A DNA stretch of 54,737 bases, the filler included, from Sluysia triapertura (lineage: Eukaryota): assembly GCA_046118255.1 (NCBI GenBank). It is 4 parts of 4 records of this genome, joined end to end, with 100 filler letters (N's around TTAATTAATTAA, not from the genome) between each part and the next. Parts side by side here need not be neighbours in the genome. Positions count along the whole stretch, not along the records: positions 26,771 to 41,901 come from JBJNIA010238327.1; 3 more parts are not named here. One strand, 5' to 3'. Below are positions 26,861 through 39,700 of the stretch, piece by piece. Numbering within the stretch: position 1 is the stretch's first letter; each line of letters starts with the position of its first letter. The translations under genes and the position numbers were made by a program. The notes beneath the pieces were generated by a model. It was not told the DNA's origin, searched no databases, and saw only the letters and a program-made list of their open reading frames with translations.

Positions 26861-27860
26861 AAAAAGCGGAAACAATTATTGCCTATTGAAATTGGACAAA
26901 TTTTGGCCTATAGAGATGCAAATTTGGGAATAAGAGAAATTGGACGTTTCATTAACGGAAATGCAAGCACAATCAGTCGATTTCTTCAAGATCCGAGAAT
27001 TATGACAAGAAAATAAGAAGAGGGCAGAAACCAAAGTTGATATCGAGAGACAAAAGAAGCATTCTTCGCAACGTCAATGACAAAAATATGTCTCCAAGAC
27101 AGATTAAATTGGTCCATTAGCTTCCTTGTTCAATAAGAACTGTCCAAAGGGTTGTAGGCAACTGCCAACACTTAAGATATGAGAAGAGGAAGCCTAAACC
27201 GAAACTCACAGCAGCGCACAATTCGGCACGGGTCACCTGAGCACAATTATACGTATCATGGATTTAAAAATGACATAGAATTATATTCAGTGACGAGAAG
27301 AAATTTAATCTTGATGGCCCCTATGGATGCCAGTTTTACTGGTATGACCTGAGAAAGAGTCCATAGTACTTCAAAAAACGTGGATTCGGAGGTGGTTCGA
27401 TGATGGTCTGAGCAGCCTTTGGTTGGAATGTGAAAACAGAAATTGTGTTCTTAGACGGTAAACAAAACTCACAAAAGTATATTCAAATACTCAATGAGTT
27501 CCTCATCCCCGTCACAGGTCAAATTGGAGGCCGAAACTGAATCTTCCAACAAGACAATTGTTCAATCCATTGCTTCGCGGAGACAACTAAATGGTTTGAA
27601 GATAACCAAATTCGGGTTTTGAATTGGCCATTTTGTAACCCTGACTTAAGCCCCATTGAGAACCTCTGGGGTTTACTCGTTCGGAAGGTTTACCGGAATG
27701 GACGCCAATTTAACAATGTAAAGGTTTTGAAAGCAGCCATTCTTTCTGCTTGGGAAGAAATCAGCCTTGAGGAGATGAAAAATCTAGTTAGCTTAATGCC
27801 CAAAAGAATTATGGAAGTCTTAAAGAAGAATGGTGACTTTATTTTTACGTATTTTACGTG
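26861..27860 (+). mobile_element. Tc1/Tc3-like DD34E transposase pseudogene
   Basis: N-terminal HTH region (IREIGRFINGNASTISRFLQDP), IIFSDEKKFNLDGP, GFGGGSMMV, IFQQDN, then 34 residues to WPFCNPDLSPIENLW. Several in-frame stops and a frameshift. The KFNLDGP motif is characteristic of Tc3. Confidence 0.93.
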
Positions 27861-28151
27861 AAATCAATATTTGACGTACATTTTTTCAATTTAAAATTAA
27901 ACTTTTCAAACAATATTTAACTTGCTCATTCACTTCCAATAGAGAAACAGTGAATTAGAAATTTAATTAATTTTTTAAAGTACCTTACATATTTTATTTA
28001 TATTATTTTTGAGACTTTAAAAATTTATTTTATCTTTTTCTAATTTTTAATAAGGATAATAACTTGTGCTATTTATTTCGTTTTGTAAGATATAAATAAA
28101 GCAGATATATGATAATGCCGAAAATGAACTTTGAATAGGATTACCAAATTA

Positions 28152-28644
28152 CAACGCCGGATAAATGGGTGGGCAAACCGGGCGCCTATATAAAAATAAA
28201 ATATTTTTTACATTCATTATTTTTTTAGATTTAACGAATTAAAATCATTAGACATCGATAATTTTTTTCTTTAAACTAACCAAATAAAGGTTACAATGTT
28301 AATTATAATATTGTAAACTATTTACAAACTGATTTTCAAAAAAATTAATTTAATTAACTGTGTTATTGAATTTTTAATAAATCTTGATGCAACAGGAATA
28401 ACCATAACTTACATTCAAAATTCTCGCTCCTTCGTGGCTCAAACTTCAAATACGCTTGTAAGTAAATAACTATTGTATTATTTTTTAAATAAATACATTT
28501 TTTACACACTTCTTTATTGTGTAATTTTGATTTTTTGCCTTTTTTTCTATTTTTTTTAATTCGCAGTAAATTTGTATATTCTTATATAAAAGGGTGCCAA
28601 ATTTTGTTTTGCCCGGTACGCTCAAAATCCTAGATCCGGTATTG
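28152..28644. mobile_element. hAT-type MITE with 8-bp TSD, in an ELOVL intron
   Basis: CCAAATTA duplicated at 28144-28151 and 28645-28652; imperfect TIR CAACGCCGGAT / ATCCGGTATTG; subterminal GGGCAAA / TTTGCCC. Confidence 0.85.
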
Positions 28645-28809
28645 CCAAATTAGCTACAAATATTTGAATTTAAATAATGAAAAAATAAAATTGGTAAATT
28701 ATAACTAATATAAATTTAGAAATTTATTATTCGAAAGACGTTTCATTGTTCATAATTAAAAAAACACTATATTACTAATTGATTTATATTATTAATTGAT
28801 ATATTTCAG

Positions 28810-29141
28810 GTAGTTTTGTTACTATTCCATTTCTATTGAATTCTGGTGTTCATGTATGCATGTATTTTTACTACGGCATGGCAGCATTAGGTCCACGATT
28901 TCGTAAATATTTATTCTGGAAACAATATTTAACAACATTGCAAATATTACAATTTGTAACGGTCTTAATTCATGGTATGTACATTTGGCGAATTGAATGC
29001 AATTGTGCGAAGATGTTACTACTTCCTATTATGGGAAATACATTTGTATTTTTAATATTATTTCTAAATTTTTATATACAAACTTACTCAAAAAAAGATC
29101 GAATTATTGAAATTAAAGCGGATAATGTTAAAAAAGAATAA
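28810..29141 (+). CDS. ELOVL: Very-long-chain fatty acid elongase (ELO/GNS1/SUR4 family), last coding exon
   Basis: TTTCAG acceptor ending 28809; LNSGVHVCMYFYYGMAALGP, KYLFWKQYLTTLQILQF and LFLNFYIQTY motifs; basic C-terminus; AATAAA around the stop. Upstream exons not found on this contig. Confidence 0.93.
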
Positions 29142-31412
29142 AAGAAATAAATTCTAAATATAATCAGCTACTAACATTGAAATGTTTAAATATTTATTTT
29201 AAAATTATTAATAATATTTTATTTATTAAAGTACATTTTATTTATTTAAAATACACTTTAGTTTCGAATGTTCAATGAAAACGATGTGTTATTTGTAAAA
29301 TTGAAATCAGTTATGACAATCTTTATATTATATAATAATGATTCAATTAAATTGTCTTTTAATAATTGTTGTCAACTTTTTCTTATTGGTTGATTATAAT
29401 TAACAAATAAAATGCTTGCTTAATATTACAATTTTATATATAACTTTGGATTATACATGGCTGATTTTACATTTTATATGCAATTTTTGTGCAACTTTAG
29501 ATGATCCGTTTAGTTTCTTTATTTAATATATAGGCGTTCCGTTTTTAAATAAAATAAATTTTATCTAAATAAATGTTTTAATTACTTATGTTTCTACAGA
29601 AACTTATTCGAGATAAAGGTTTAAGATATCTATAATTGATCATTTTGATGTAAATGAAACAGATTTAGTTGAAATTTACAGAATTATAAATAAGGATATA
29701 TTTCTGATCTTAGTTGTTTGCAGTATTAATTAGTTTTAAATAATGATAATTTATAAATTATAAAATCATATTATCTTGTGTATGTGAACGAAGAGGCTTT
29801 ATATTGATTTAATTAGTATTATACAATTTTGTCGAAATTACAGTTGCTTCATGTATAACATTGAAAAAGAGTAAATGTGTTAGGGTTTGTCGTATGCTAA
29901 GTAATTAAGAAAATGAACACATTTCTTTATTTACAAAAATATTTCACTTAAAATTAAAAATAGAAAAAATTATTGAAAGAATTCTTTTTTTGTGACTTGT
30001 AATTCTCAGTAAAATGCATTTTTATTTTTATTTGCCAAATGAAATTTATTCGTATGTCATAGATTTGTCATCTATGGTTTATAATGTACAGATTTATATT
30101 TTATTTTGTTTTACTCATTGTAAGAAACTGATGAAAACAACTTTTGGTTAAATTTATACATATTAGTCAAATTTATATATAGCATGCCGTAGTACACACA
30201 GATAGTATTTAATTTTAAGTAAACACGATAAATAAAGGTTAAGTTTTAAAATTCAGTCATTAAATTTACAAATATAAATAAATAAGACAGTCTTGCCATT
30301 TTTATTTGAAAATATTGAACAAATATTTTAAGTTGTATTTATATGACAGCTACAATAAATTAGTTGACATCTGTGTTAAGGTTTCATTAACTATTTTAGT
30401 AAATTAATTTTGAATTTTTGATATAATTTGAAATTAAAAAATTGAAATAAAGTTAAAATAAATAAATGTTCTTAATCTTTGGTATTTCGATGCTTATTTA
30501 GTGATTACGTATTTCCTCAGACTGAAATAGTTTTAAGAATGCATTATAACTTTATAACTTTATATTTTATAACTTTATTAAGAACTTTTAATATACATTA
30601 TAAGCTTATTTTAATTTTCTTTTGTAAACATAAGCTTATGTTTATTTAGATCACACTACTTCTTAAAAAAGCACTTCTATTTTTGTACAAATAATTCTTA
30701 GATAATTTATGCATATATCAAATCATAGAAATTTTATACTCATAGTTTATGGGAATAGATAGTGAAATTTATTTTACTATAAAGATAATCAATTAATTTT
30801 AATTGTGGAATTTATTAGAATTTACAACTTCACACTATAATTTACACTAAGGCTAAGCTTAAGAATATATTTTGACAAATTTTTTGTTTAAATTATTGGA
30901 AATATTATTTTTTGTTTAATTAGACTTGTAATGATTTTAAAACTTTCATCGAAAATATTTCAAAAAAATTTAAGGTTAACATTTCAATTATTAATTTTTA
31001 TTTACATAAATAAAACATTTTTTATTTTTTAAATTATTTTGTTCAAGTATTTATAATTTTTTTATTAATTTTGCTATTATTTTATGTACTTTAACAAATT
31101 TTTATAAAAAAATTTGTTTGTTTTATTATTAGGCAAAATATTTTAAAAATTTATTAAGTACAAATGTTTTTTCTTGATATAATATGATAGTCAGCGTTTT
31201 ATATGATTTTTTATGAATAAGTTCTCATTTAATAAAGAGTCTGCTCTAATTTTTTTTGTTAAATTGCTTACAATATCTTCAATATCTTAATTTTCTAAAG
31301 AAAGTTCAAGCTTGCAAGACTGTATGACACTTCGTATGTGACCTTGAAATATAATCACTCAATATATTATAAACGTTTCGAACGATTAGAAATATTTAGG
31401 AGAATGCACTGA

Positions 31413-31414
<2 letters not shown>

Positions 31415-31465
<51 letters not shown>
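31415..31465. repeat. (AAT)n microsatellite
   Basis: AAT tandem run. Confidence 0.95.
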
Positions 31466-32407
31466 TCACATTTTATTATCAGCGACGTTTTAATAAAGTT
31501 TGTTATTTTTACCATAACGATGATGGTTCTGTAGTTATAAATTAATTCAAAAAATTATTTATCTCAAAAATTCAGAAGACGATGAAGATATATTACACAA
31601 AATGAACTTTAATAACTATACATAATTTGAATATTAAGAATTTCTTGATAAGAATGTCAATATTTTAAATAAGATTTAAAGTTACCTTTAAACTAGCTGC
31701 AAACAATTAAAGATCTTAGTTGTGTTTTCACTCTTGGATTAAACAAGAGAAAACCTAATAAAGAATTAACAGATTCTTCCAAAAAACGAATAGATTTAAG
31801 ACAATAATCAATTTCATAATGAACTACGTTTGACGTTAGTTTATCCGACTCCGAATATTTTATTCCACAAAAAAGATCTGGACTGATTAGAAAATATTCT
31901 ATTATTTTATTTTGCATAAAATTTAATAATCTAATGGATATTTAATAATAATTATTATTATTATCAATTAATTTGGTGGATACACTACTTATTTTTATAA
32001 CTAAACATTTAAACAAAATTCGGAATCTCAATATAATTTTTAAAATATCACAATATTCTTTTACAATAATAATCAAATATTCTTTAATAATAATGTCTTC
32101 AATACTTTTTAAAAGTTACAAATCTATAACTATAAAATTCTAAAACTTACTACCAGGAGTGATACAACTCAATATCAATAAATGTTGATGTCTGTATTAA
32201 CAACAATAAAATAGTAAAAAGCGCAAGTTACTAACCTTCATAAATACCCTTATTGTGTGTTTTAATAAGCTGCTGAAGAATCAACTTCAATCTCACCATT
32301 TTCCACAAATGAATTGAGGTAGGTCCTTAAAGCTTGTTTTAAATAGCTTTCTTCTATTTCTGTCTTGTTATTTCGTTATCTTTTTCTCATTTTGCTAAAA
32401 AAAATAT

Positions 32408-32541
32408 TGTTAGACTTCATAAAATGGACTGACCGGCACCTCTTGCTGCGCAGTTCGATGCTCTACCACTGAGCTATCAGCCCCGTCTAACAATTTTATT
32501 TTATTATAGTCAATTTTACCAATTAGACCTATATCCCAGCA
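32408..32541 (-). mobile_element. tRNA-containing LTR-like element, copy D
   Basis: Reverse complement reads TGCTGGGATATAGG...TGTTAGACGGGGCTGATAGCTCAGTGGTAGAGC...TCAGTCCATTTTATGAAGTCTAACA. The TSD is imperfect (ATAT on one side, one base short on the other). Confidence 0.85.
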
Positions 32542-32662
32542 TATTGAAATGTTTTGTTCTTCTTTTATGTGTGACTGTGCAATAATGAGTTCAAAAAATT
32601 AAAATTTAATGCGTGAAGTGTGTAAAGCTAACCTTACGGTTCTTTTAAAATAAATATATGTA

Positions 32663-33757
32663 AAGTGATCTCCGAATATCCCTGGATACTATTTAGAAAA
32701 TGCAAAAAAGAAAATAAATAAAGAATCTTCCTGTTGACTACTAAAATAAAAAAGGAGCACGGACGGACAGAATGAACCTTTGAACATTGGTTTAAAAATA
32801 AAAGGGTCCCTGAAATTCGAGTGTTTTAAAAAGCAAAGATGTGGTACTCCATCGAATAATTTATTGAAATATTTTTTTGTAAAATTTTTACTATTGAATG
32901 TGTCAACACCAATGTCAAAGAAATTAAAAGTAGGACAAAGCACAGAGCATCTATCTCAATAAATTCTCAAACCAGTCTTTCAGTGTTCACGGTGTATGTA
33001 CAAAACGGGGAGGGTACCTCAAAAGGATTGCCACAAAAGGCAATACCGTTATTAGATAATGATTCTTGTCATCCATATGAAAACAGACAATGGCCTTATA
33101 ACCTATGGATCAAAAAGTTATCTCTTTAATGAAACGACATTATCGTAATGATCTCCTTAGAAGCTTTTGCAGCGAGAATGACGATTTAATGAATTTATGG
33201 AAAAAATGACAACGTTGGATGCAATACATGGAGCTGTTAAATCTTGGAACAAAATTAAACCAATGACACTAGTTCGATCGTAGTTGAAAATTTTGCCAAA
33301 TGCAGAAAGTAATGTTTCGGACTCTCTCGAACCTGAGATATGTAACATTTCAGAATTATGTGAACTGATGAAAAATTTAAATGGCTTTGAAAATTTTGAT
33401 GACCAAAATATTTAGAAATTTGATGCATCTGATCCAGGATTCTAGGATTCAAATCCAAATGAAAATGAAAGTGAGGTGGAAGATATTACCATTCGTATTA
33501 GTCACGACAGAGCACTGACTTCTGTCGATACTTTACTAGAATACGTCGATGTAATATCTTTAAGAAAAAGTCGATATGATATTAAAACGTCATCGAGAAA
33601 TTCACTTAAACAACCCAACATTACCGATTTTTTAATAAAGTATTGAATGTATTTTCATTGTTTTGTATTATACTAGTATTTTTGTATTATTATCTTGCGG
33701 ATTATCCGTGATTTTCGAGTATCCCCATCATTAGCCCGGATAATCGGTAATTTACTG
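32663..33757 (+). mobile_element. Internally deleted Tigger/pogo (Jerky-like DDE) transposon
   Basis: KNLPVDY*NKKGA, GLPQKAIPLLDNDSCHP, PMDQ, AVKSWNKIKPMTLVRS*LKILP and KQPNITDF motifs; right TIR CGGATAATCGGTAATTTACTG followed by TA; decayed left TIR near 32663. Confidence 0.85.
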
Positions 33758-36700
33758 TATTAGTTTGCATATTTACATATTTACATCAATGACTGTTGCA
33801 CAATGTAAATAAACAGACATAACACAAAGATTCTGTTTGTTATGAAAAATATAAATATGGATGTAAACATAAAATAAATGGTTTTTGTATTTATTTAATA
33901 AAAAATGAAAATTATGTTTAGATCTTAGAAAAACCATTTAACGAAAACCAACTGGTAAGAGTTTTCTGAAAATAAACGAGAAAATTGATGAATTTACACA
34001 CGTACTCATTTACAATGTTCAGTTTATTATAAAGCAATACTTTTTCATTAATCAATGTTACAAACATACTTTCTGAACTCATTTATGGATACAAAACAAA
34101 CAGTGATTTCAAAAAATTATAAATTATATTTTTAAATAATTTTATAATAAAATTATATATTTAAGCCGAATAACTATGTACTTTTAATTAGATTGTTTTT
34201 CGTTATTTTAAATTCATCAGAGTTATTATTTAAGTGAGAGTTTGGCATTATTTATACAGTGATCTATGAAACAAATATTGATCATGTACANNNNNNNNNN
34301 NNNNNNNNNNNNNNNNNNNNNNNNNNNNNNNNNNNNNNNNNNNNNNNNNNNNNNNNNNNNNNNNNNNNNNNNNNNNNNNNNNNNNNNNNNNNNNNNNNNN
34401 NNNNNNNNNNNNNNNNNNNNNNNNNNNNNNNNNNNNNNNNNNNNNNNNNNNNNNNNNAAGCTACCTAAGTAGATGTAAGTATTAAGAAAATTAATTATAA
34501 AATAATCAAAAATGTGTATTTTTATTACAGTACTGATAGTCAGGTTCAGGTTAGTTTTAGAACGAAATACGTCAATTTGAATAAATGGAAAAGAAACCCA
34601 ATTGTAATGAACAATAGACCGCAAAAGGTTTAAGATGCCACTTATATTATTTATAATATCATTTTCTTTTGCATTCTGTAAAAAATATCAAATATAAAAA
34701 TGGAAGTTGTTGTCTGAAAATGAATAAAAGATGATAATAATAGTAATTAAAAGTAATTGATAATAATAATTATTATTATTAGTTTATTTTTGATTATAGA
34801 TACAATTTTGTTAACCATCTAATTATGTTTTTATTCTAAAAATATAATTTATGATAATATATCAAATAAGTAGTGCTATGATAACTTTCCACATAACAGT
34901 TCAATTATTATACAAAATTTTAGAACTCTTACTGATCTAAAATTGACTCTGAGTTATCTATAACCCTTAATATTTCAATGTAAATATGTTTCACACAAAA
35001 TTAAAACAAAATTAATTAATATTTTATTTGTTGTTTAAAATTTAAAAATAATTTCATAATTAAATAAAATTTTAAAATTACATATTTAATTTTCTGAAAT
35101 TCAATTTTTGAACAATGTTTTTTATATCTTTTTATTAAAATATTTTATACAAACAGTTTCAGTTTTATTTAAAATTTCAAAATAAAATACGCATTAAAAA
35201 TAATCCATTAAAACAAATTCCTTTATATCAAATAATTAACTTATTAAAGCATATTATAGATAAACGAAAATAAAATATATACATTAAATTGTCTAATAGA
35301 ATAATAATATAATTATATATAAATTACACTATGCAAGAAAATAGTGTAACACCATGACAGGTAACAATAAATCAATTAAAATAAAGCAAAAACCAAAACT
35401 TGTTAACAATCACTTACTTCTACATTTTACATATTCTCATACAAATAAATTCACTTCTCTAAATTCAAAATAAAATAAAAAATATTATTGTTTTCATTTG
35501 CATAATGCTATTATTGACGTTATTATATCTTGTCATTATTAATGTTACCTTATTTTGGCTTGTTATTATCATTCTGTTAATATTATTCTCCGCAATTTTT
35601 ATTTTTATCAAATATTGTTAACTTATCACTACCAAAATTGTTAAATTTCTTATTCTTTACATTAAATATGTTTATTAACAGAAACCTTACCTTGAATATA
35701 TATCATAACAAAATCAATTGTATCTGTTTATTTTAAGAAAAGATTTTAGTCCAATATTAGACAAACCTGGATTATATAAATTAAATATTCTGAAAATCCT
35801 AAAAATTATCAATATTTTCCATTAAGAAATAATGAAATTTTACTCTATTTTTGTTGCTGTAAAACTAAATTTAAACTACATAGTAAATGTCAAATCAAAG
35901 AAATTCTAATTTATCGATCGTACTGAATTTCAATTAGGACTTGATGTCAGAAACATTACAAAATTAATCTTTCTTTAATGTAAAACTATTTTTCTAAAAA
36001 TGACATATATTACGAAGGTGAGGATATATTTCGAAAGTGATATTGGCATGAAGCTAAAACCTTGAAACCTGAATTAGAAAATATATGTATCTTGTCATAT
36101 TGATTATTTTTTAACTCGGGTAATAACATCTAAACTAATGAATAACTTATTTGTACCGTTATTATTGATTATTTTGTGTGCGTATTCCCTCAGTTTACGA
36201 GAATATCAAGACATCATTGTCAATAATTATATAATTACAAAAATTGGGATTATTATCAATATTATTAATGATAAATGCTTATTTCCACATATAAGTTTCC
36301 GGAACTTTTATACCATCGTTAATAATACAGCATTATATATTGCCTATCATTTTCATAATCATGCATTTTATGATGCGAAGTTAAGAAAGGTAGCAATACT
36401 GTACTTCATTGTAAAGTTGATCCTCTTTATAATGAAGAGAAAGTTGTGCATTTTATTTTTGAAGTTTTTGTATTCGTGCCAATAATTTTGATAGGCTTTT
36501 CAAAATTTTAAAATTAGCTACTTTTAACTTATATGTGATGTGCTTGGCAAGACGAAGCTGAATATCTAATAAATAATTCATCTTCTGTAGTTACCAATGA
36601 GGTATACGAATGTTATATGATTCGAAAAGATTTTTTGAAATTTGATGTTTTATATTGTTTGTTTTTATGGTCATATAACCATCTAAAATAATAAAAACAT

Positions 36701-39700
36701 TTCTCCAGACCTTAAGTGACAATGATTTCCACTTGTAAACATTAAACTACAACTTTGTGCCAATCAATGAAACGTTTTTAATGATTAAATCTCTATTTTG
36801 TTCAGTGTAATTGAAATATTTTGGCCATTAATTTATTTTATTTTACAAAGTTGTAATAAATGTAAATTTGAGAGTTGACTTTGATTTTGATTTACTTCTC
36901 ATTGTCATTGAAATTGTGTTTAAGTTTTCAATCTGATTAAATTAATAATAATAATAATAATATTAATAATAATAATAATATTAATGAATTAATTTCCGGA
37001 TATATAAAATCTAGTTAAAAAATTATCTCAACTTAAAATATAGTCTTTAGTAATATTATTGGTTTCATTAAATATTGTAAATTCATTTATTAAAATTGAT
37101 TTTAAGATAAAAACTGAATATTGTTTTTATTTTTATTACATCTTCATCGAAAAAATAATATTAAATATAATAATTATTAAATAATCAATTTAATAAAAAA
37201 TAAACAATTAAGGTAAATATGTAATAAACATAAATTGTTACCTAAAGTAAACAATTGTTTTTTATTATTAAAACTTTCTTGTATAATTTTTCTAACAAAT
37301 AAATATTTATTATTTGATTTAAAGATAAATATTTGTTTAAAATATTTGGATAAAATATTTCTGGAGAGTAAACTTAGTAAAACATCAGAAATAAAGATTA
37401 TTATTTATTATTTATTTTGTTTATCCACGTCAAAATTAAAGTCATGTTTCGATTTTCTTAAATTCCATTAAAAATATGGGGAAAAATTAACACTTTTAGT
37501 GATTTTTATAAACCTTTAATTACTTTGTTAATATTTTGTACAATTTTGAATGCATTTTTTGTTTGTGAATTAATTATTAATTGTTAATAAATATAATTGA
37601 CATAATGTATTAAAGATCTCGTTTTCGAATGACAATTTAAATAATTTAAGCTTCATTTTAATTATATTAATCTTTAAGCATTCTGTTTTAATTGTAACAT
37701 TATAAATATTTTTAATTTACAATTTTTGCTTTATTTAACAAAATCGATAAAATATTTTATGCAATTAAAACTTTTTAAATAAATGTGCATTTAAAGAATC
37801 GATAATGGCATAAATGAGAAATAATTCAATAAGAAACATTTAATGATTATCAAGTGTTGTATCAAGTGTTGCATACAATATTTTTTATTATATGTATAAA
37901 AATCTTAATCCAAATTTAATTCGAATATAAAAAATTGAATTTATGAGTCATTAGTTTAATTAAAGAAAAATAATCATAACTTTATTGTTTCTAATATAAA
38001 CAATTAATTTCGATTATTTTTAAACTTCTTAGTCTAAAACGATACATTTTTAACTTTACATCTTGAATTATTGAATGTAACGATGAATTATTGAATTTTT
38101 AACTTTACATAATATTGAATGATGGTAAAAATGATATTGCGACAAGTATTAATTGTGATGAAAATACAAAATAAAAAGTAATGAAATTTTAGCTTTAATG
38201 TTTAATTAATAAATCGTTTAAATGTCCTCTTTGTGATTTATGAATTGTATATGCATAAACAATGTTTATTTTCGAATGTTTTTATTTTACATTACGAAGA
38301 GTGAGTCACAGTTAGTTCAAGATATTAATGTATTACTGAACTTGTGTATGCGTGCGAGTATAACCTTTCTGATTGGTTATTCCATGAATCATTTGTATTT
38401 ATGAATGTAATAACTGATGTTCTGATGCAAATCTGTTGAATGCACAATTGATTCAAATAAAGCTATTATAATACTAGATAATACATCAAAATCCTACATT
38501 AATTATGACTAAAAATAAATTTAAGAAATTTAACTTACCAATAAAGTTAAATTTTAATTATTCTTTGACTTAGAATTTTTATTGATTTTAGTAAATAATT
38601 AAACAATTCATGAATTTATACTATTTTAATACAAGAATAATTTGAGTATAAAATATTATACACACAAATAGCAATGTTAAGAGTAAGATATACACTAAAC
38701 AGTAGAATAAAAGTTTTATCAGGTAAAATCCGCCCCATAGGGTTGCCTTTAACCCTTTCAATCCTACCGAATTATATGTCACAATAAATTTTTAATAAAC
38801 ACCGCAAAAAAACGCTATGTAACTTATACTGTCCGGGACATAAATCTCACCAAATTGCATATTAGTGCTTATTATACTAAAAATTAGAGGCAAAGGTCGT
38901 TTAGAAAGGTTTATTTGTATTATATGTTATATATCACAATTGCATCATAAATATATAATATATAATTGTATTATAGATTATATAAGGTTCATGTAAATAC
39001 AATTTGTGTATTGTGATTGGTGTAAAAAAGATGTTAGGTTAATTCTCAGTAATAAGCAATAAGTATGAACATAGTTATATTTCTGTAAAAAAAGTGTGTC
39101 AACACAACCTAGTACACATTGTCAATTCATTTTTAAATTTGCATAATTGAACCGATGTGGGTTTATTTTAAAATAACCAATCACATTATAGTTTAACTGG
39201 TTTTGGAAATTAACATTAATTAAGTTTGATAAAATTAAAACATTTTCAAACAAATTCAATTTTCATATAACTTAAAATGTAAAACTATTCAAATATAATT
39301 AGTTTATTTAAAATAATTTATTTTAGTTTTGAATTTATTTATCTAAACATTGAATTTGTTTTTAAAAAATATTTTATGAATATTATATGAAAATAATAAC
39401 TTGAGAAAATGAGAGGCATGAATAAGTCACTGGAGGTAAAATAATGCTTAATATAATATTAAAAAAAATCAAATAATGTGTAAATAAATAGAGTATACGA
39501 TAATTAATCTTTTCTGTATGTAATTGTATATAATCGAATAATTGTTGTAGCGTTTATTTAATATTAATTCTAAATAATTATCTAATGACACAAATAAGAT
39601 CAATTCATTGGTAGTGCCATTCACTTATTTAAAATACAAACTTAAAAATGTAATAATTTTATTACTTAAAATTTATAAATATTTAAATTTAAAAATAAAA

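Noticed and set aside
31693-32400. Minus-strand ORF 31693-31917 and a coding-like stretch near 32260-32395
   Set aside because: No recognisable homology or convincing splice structure.
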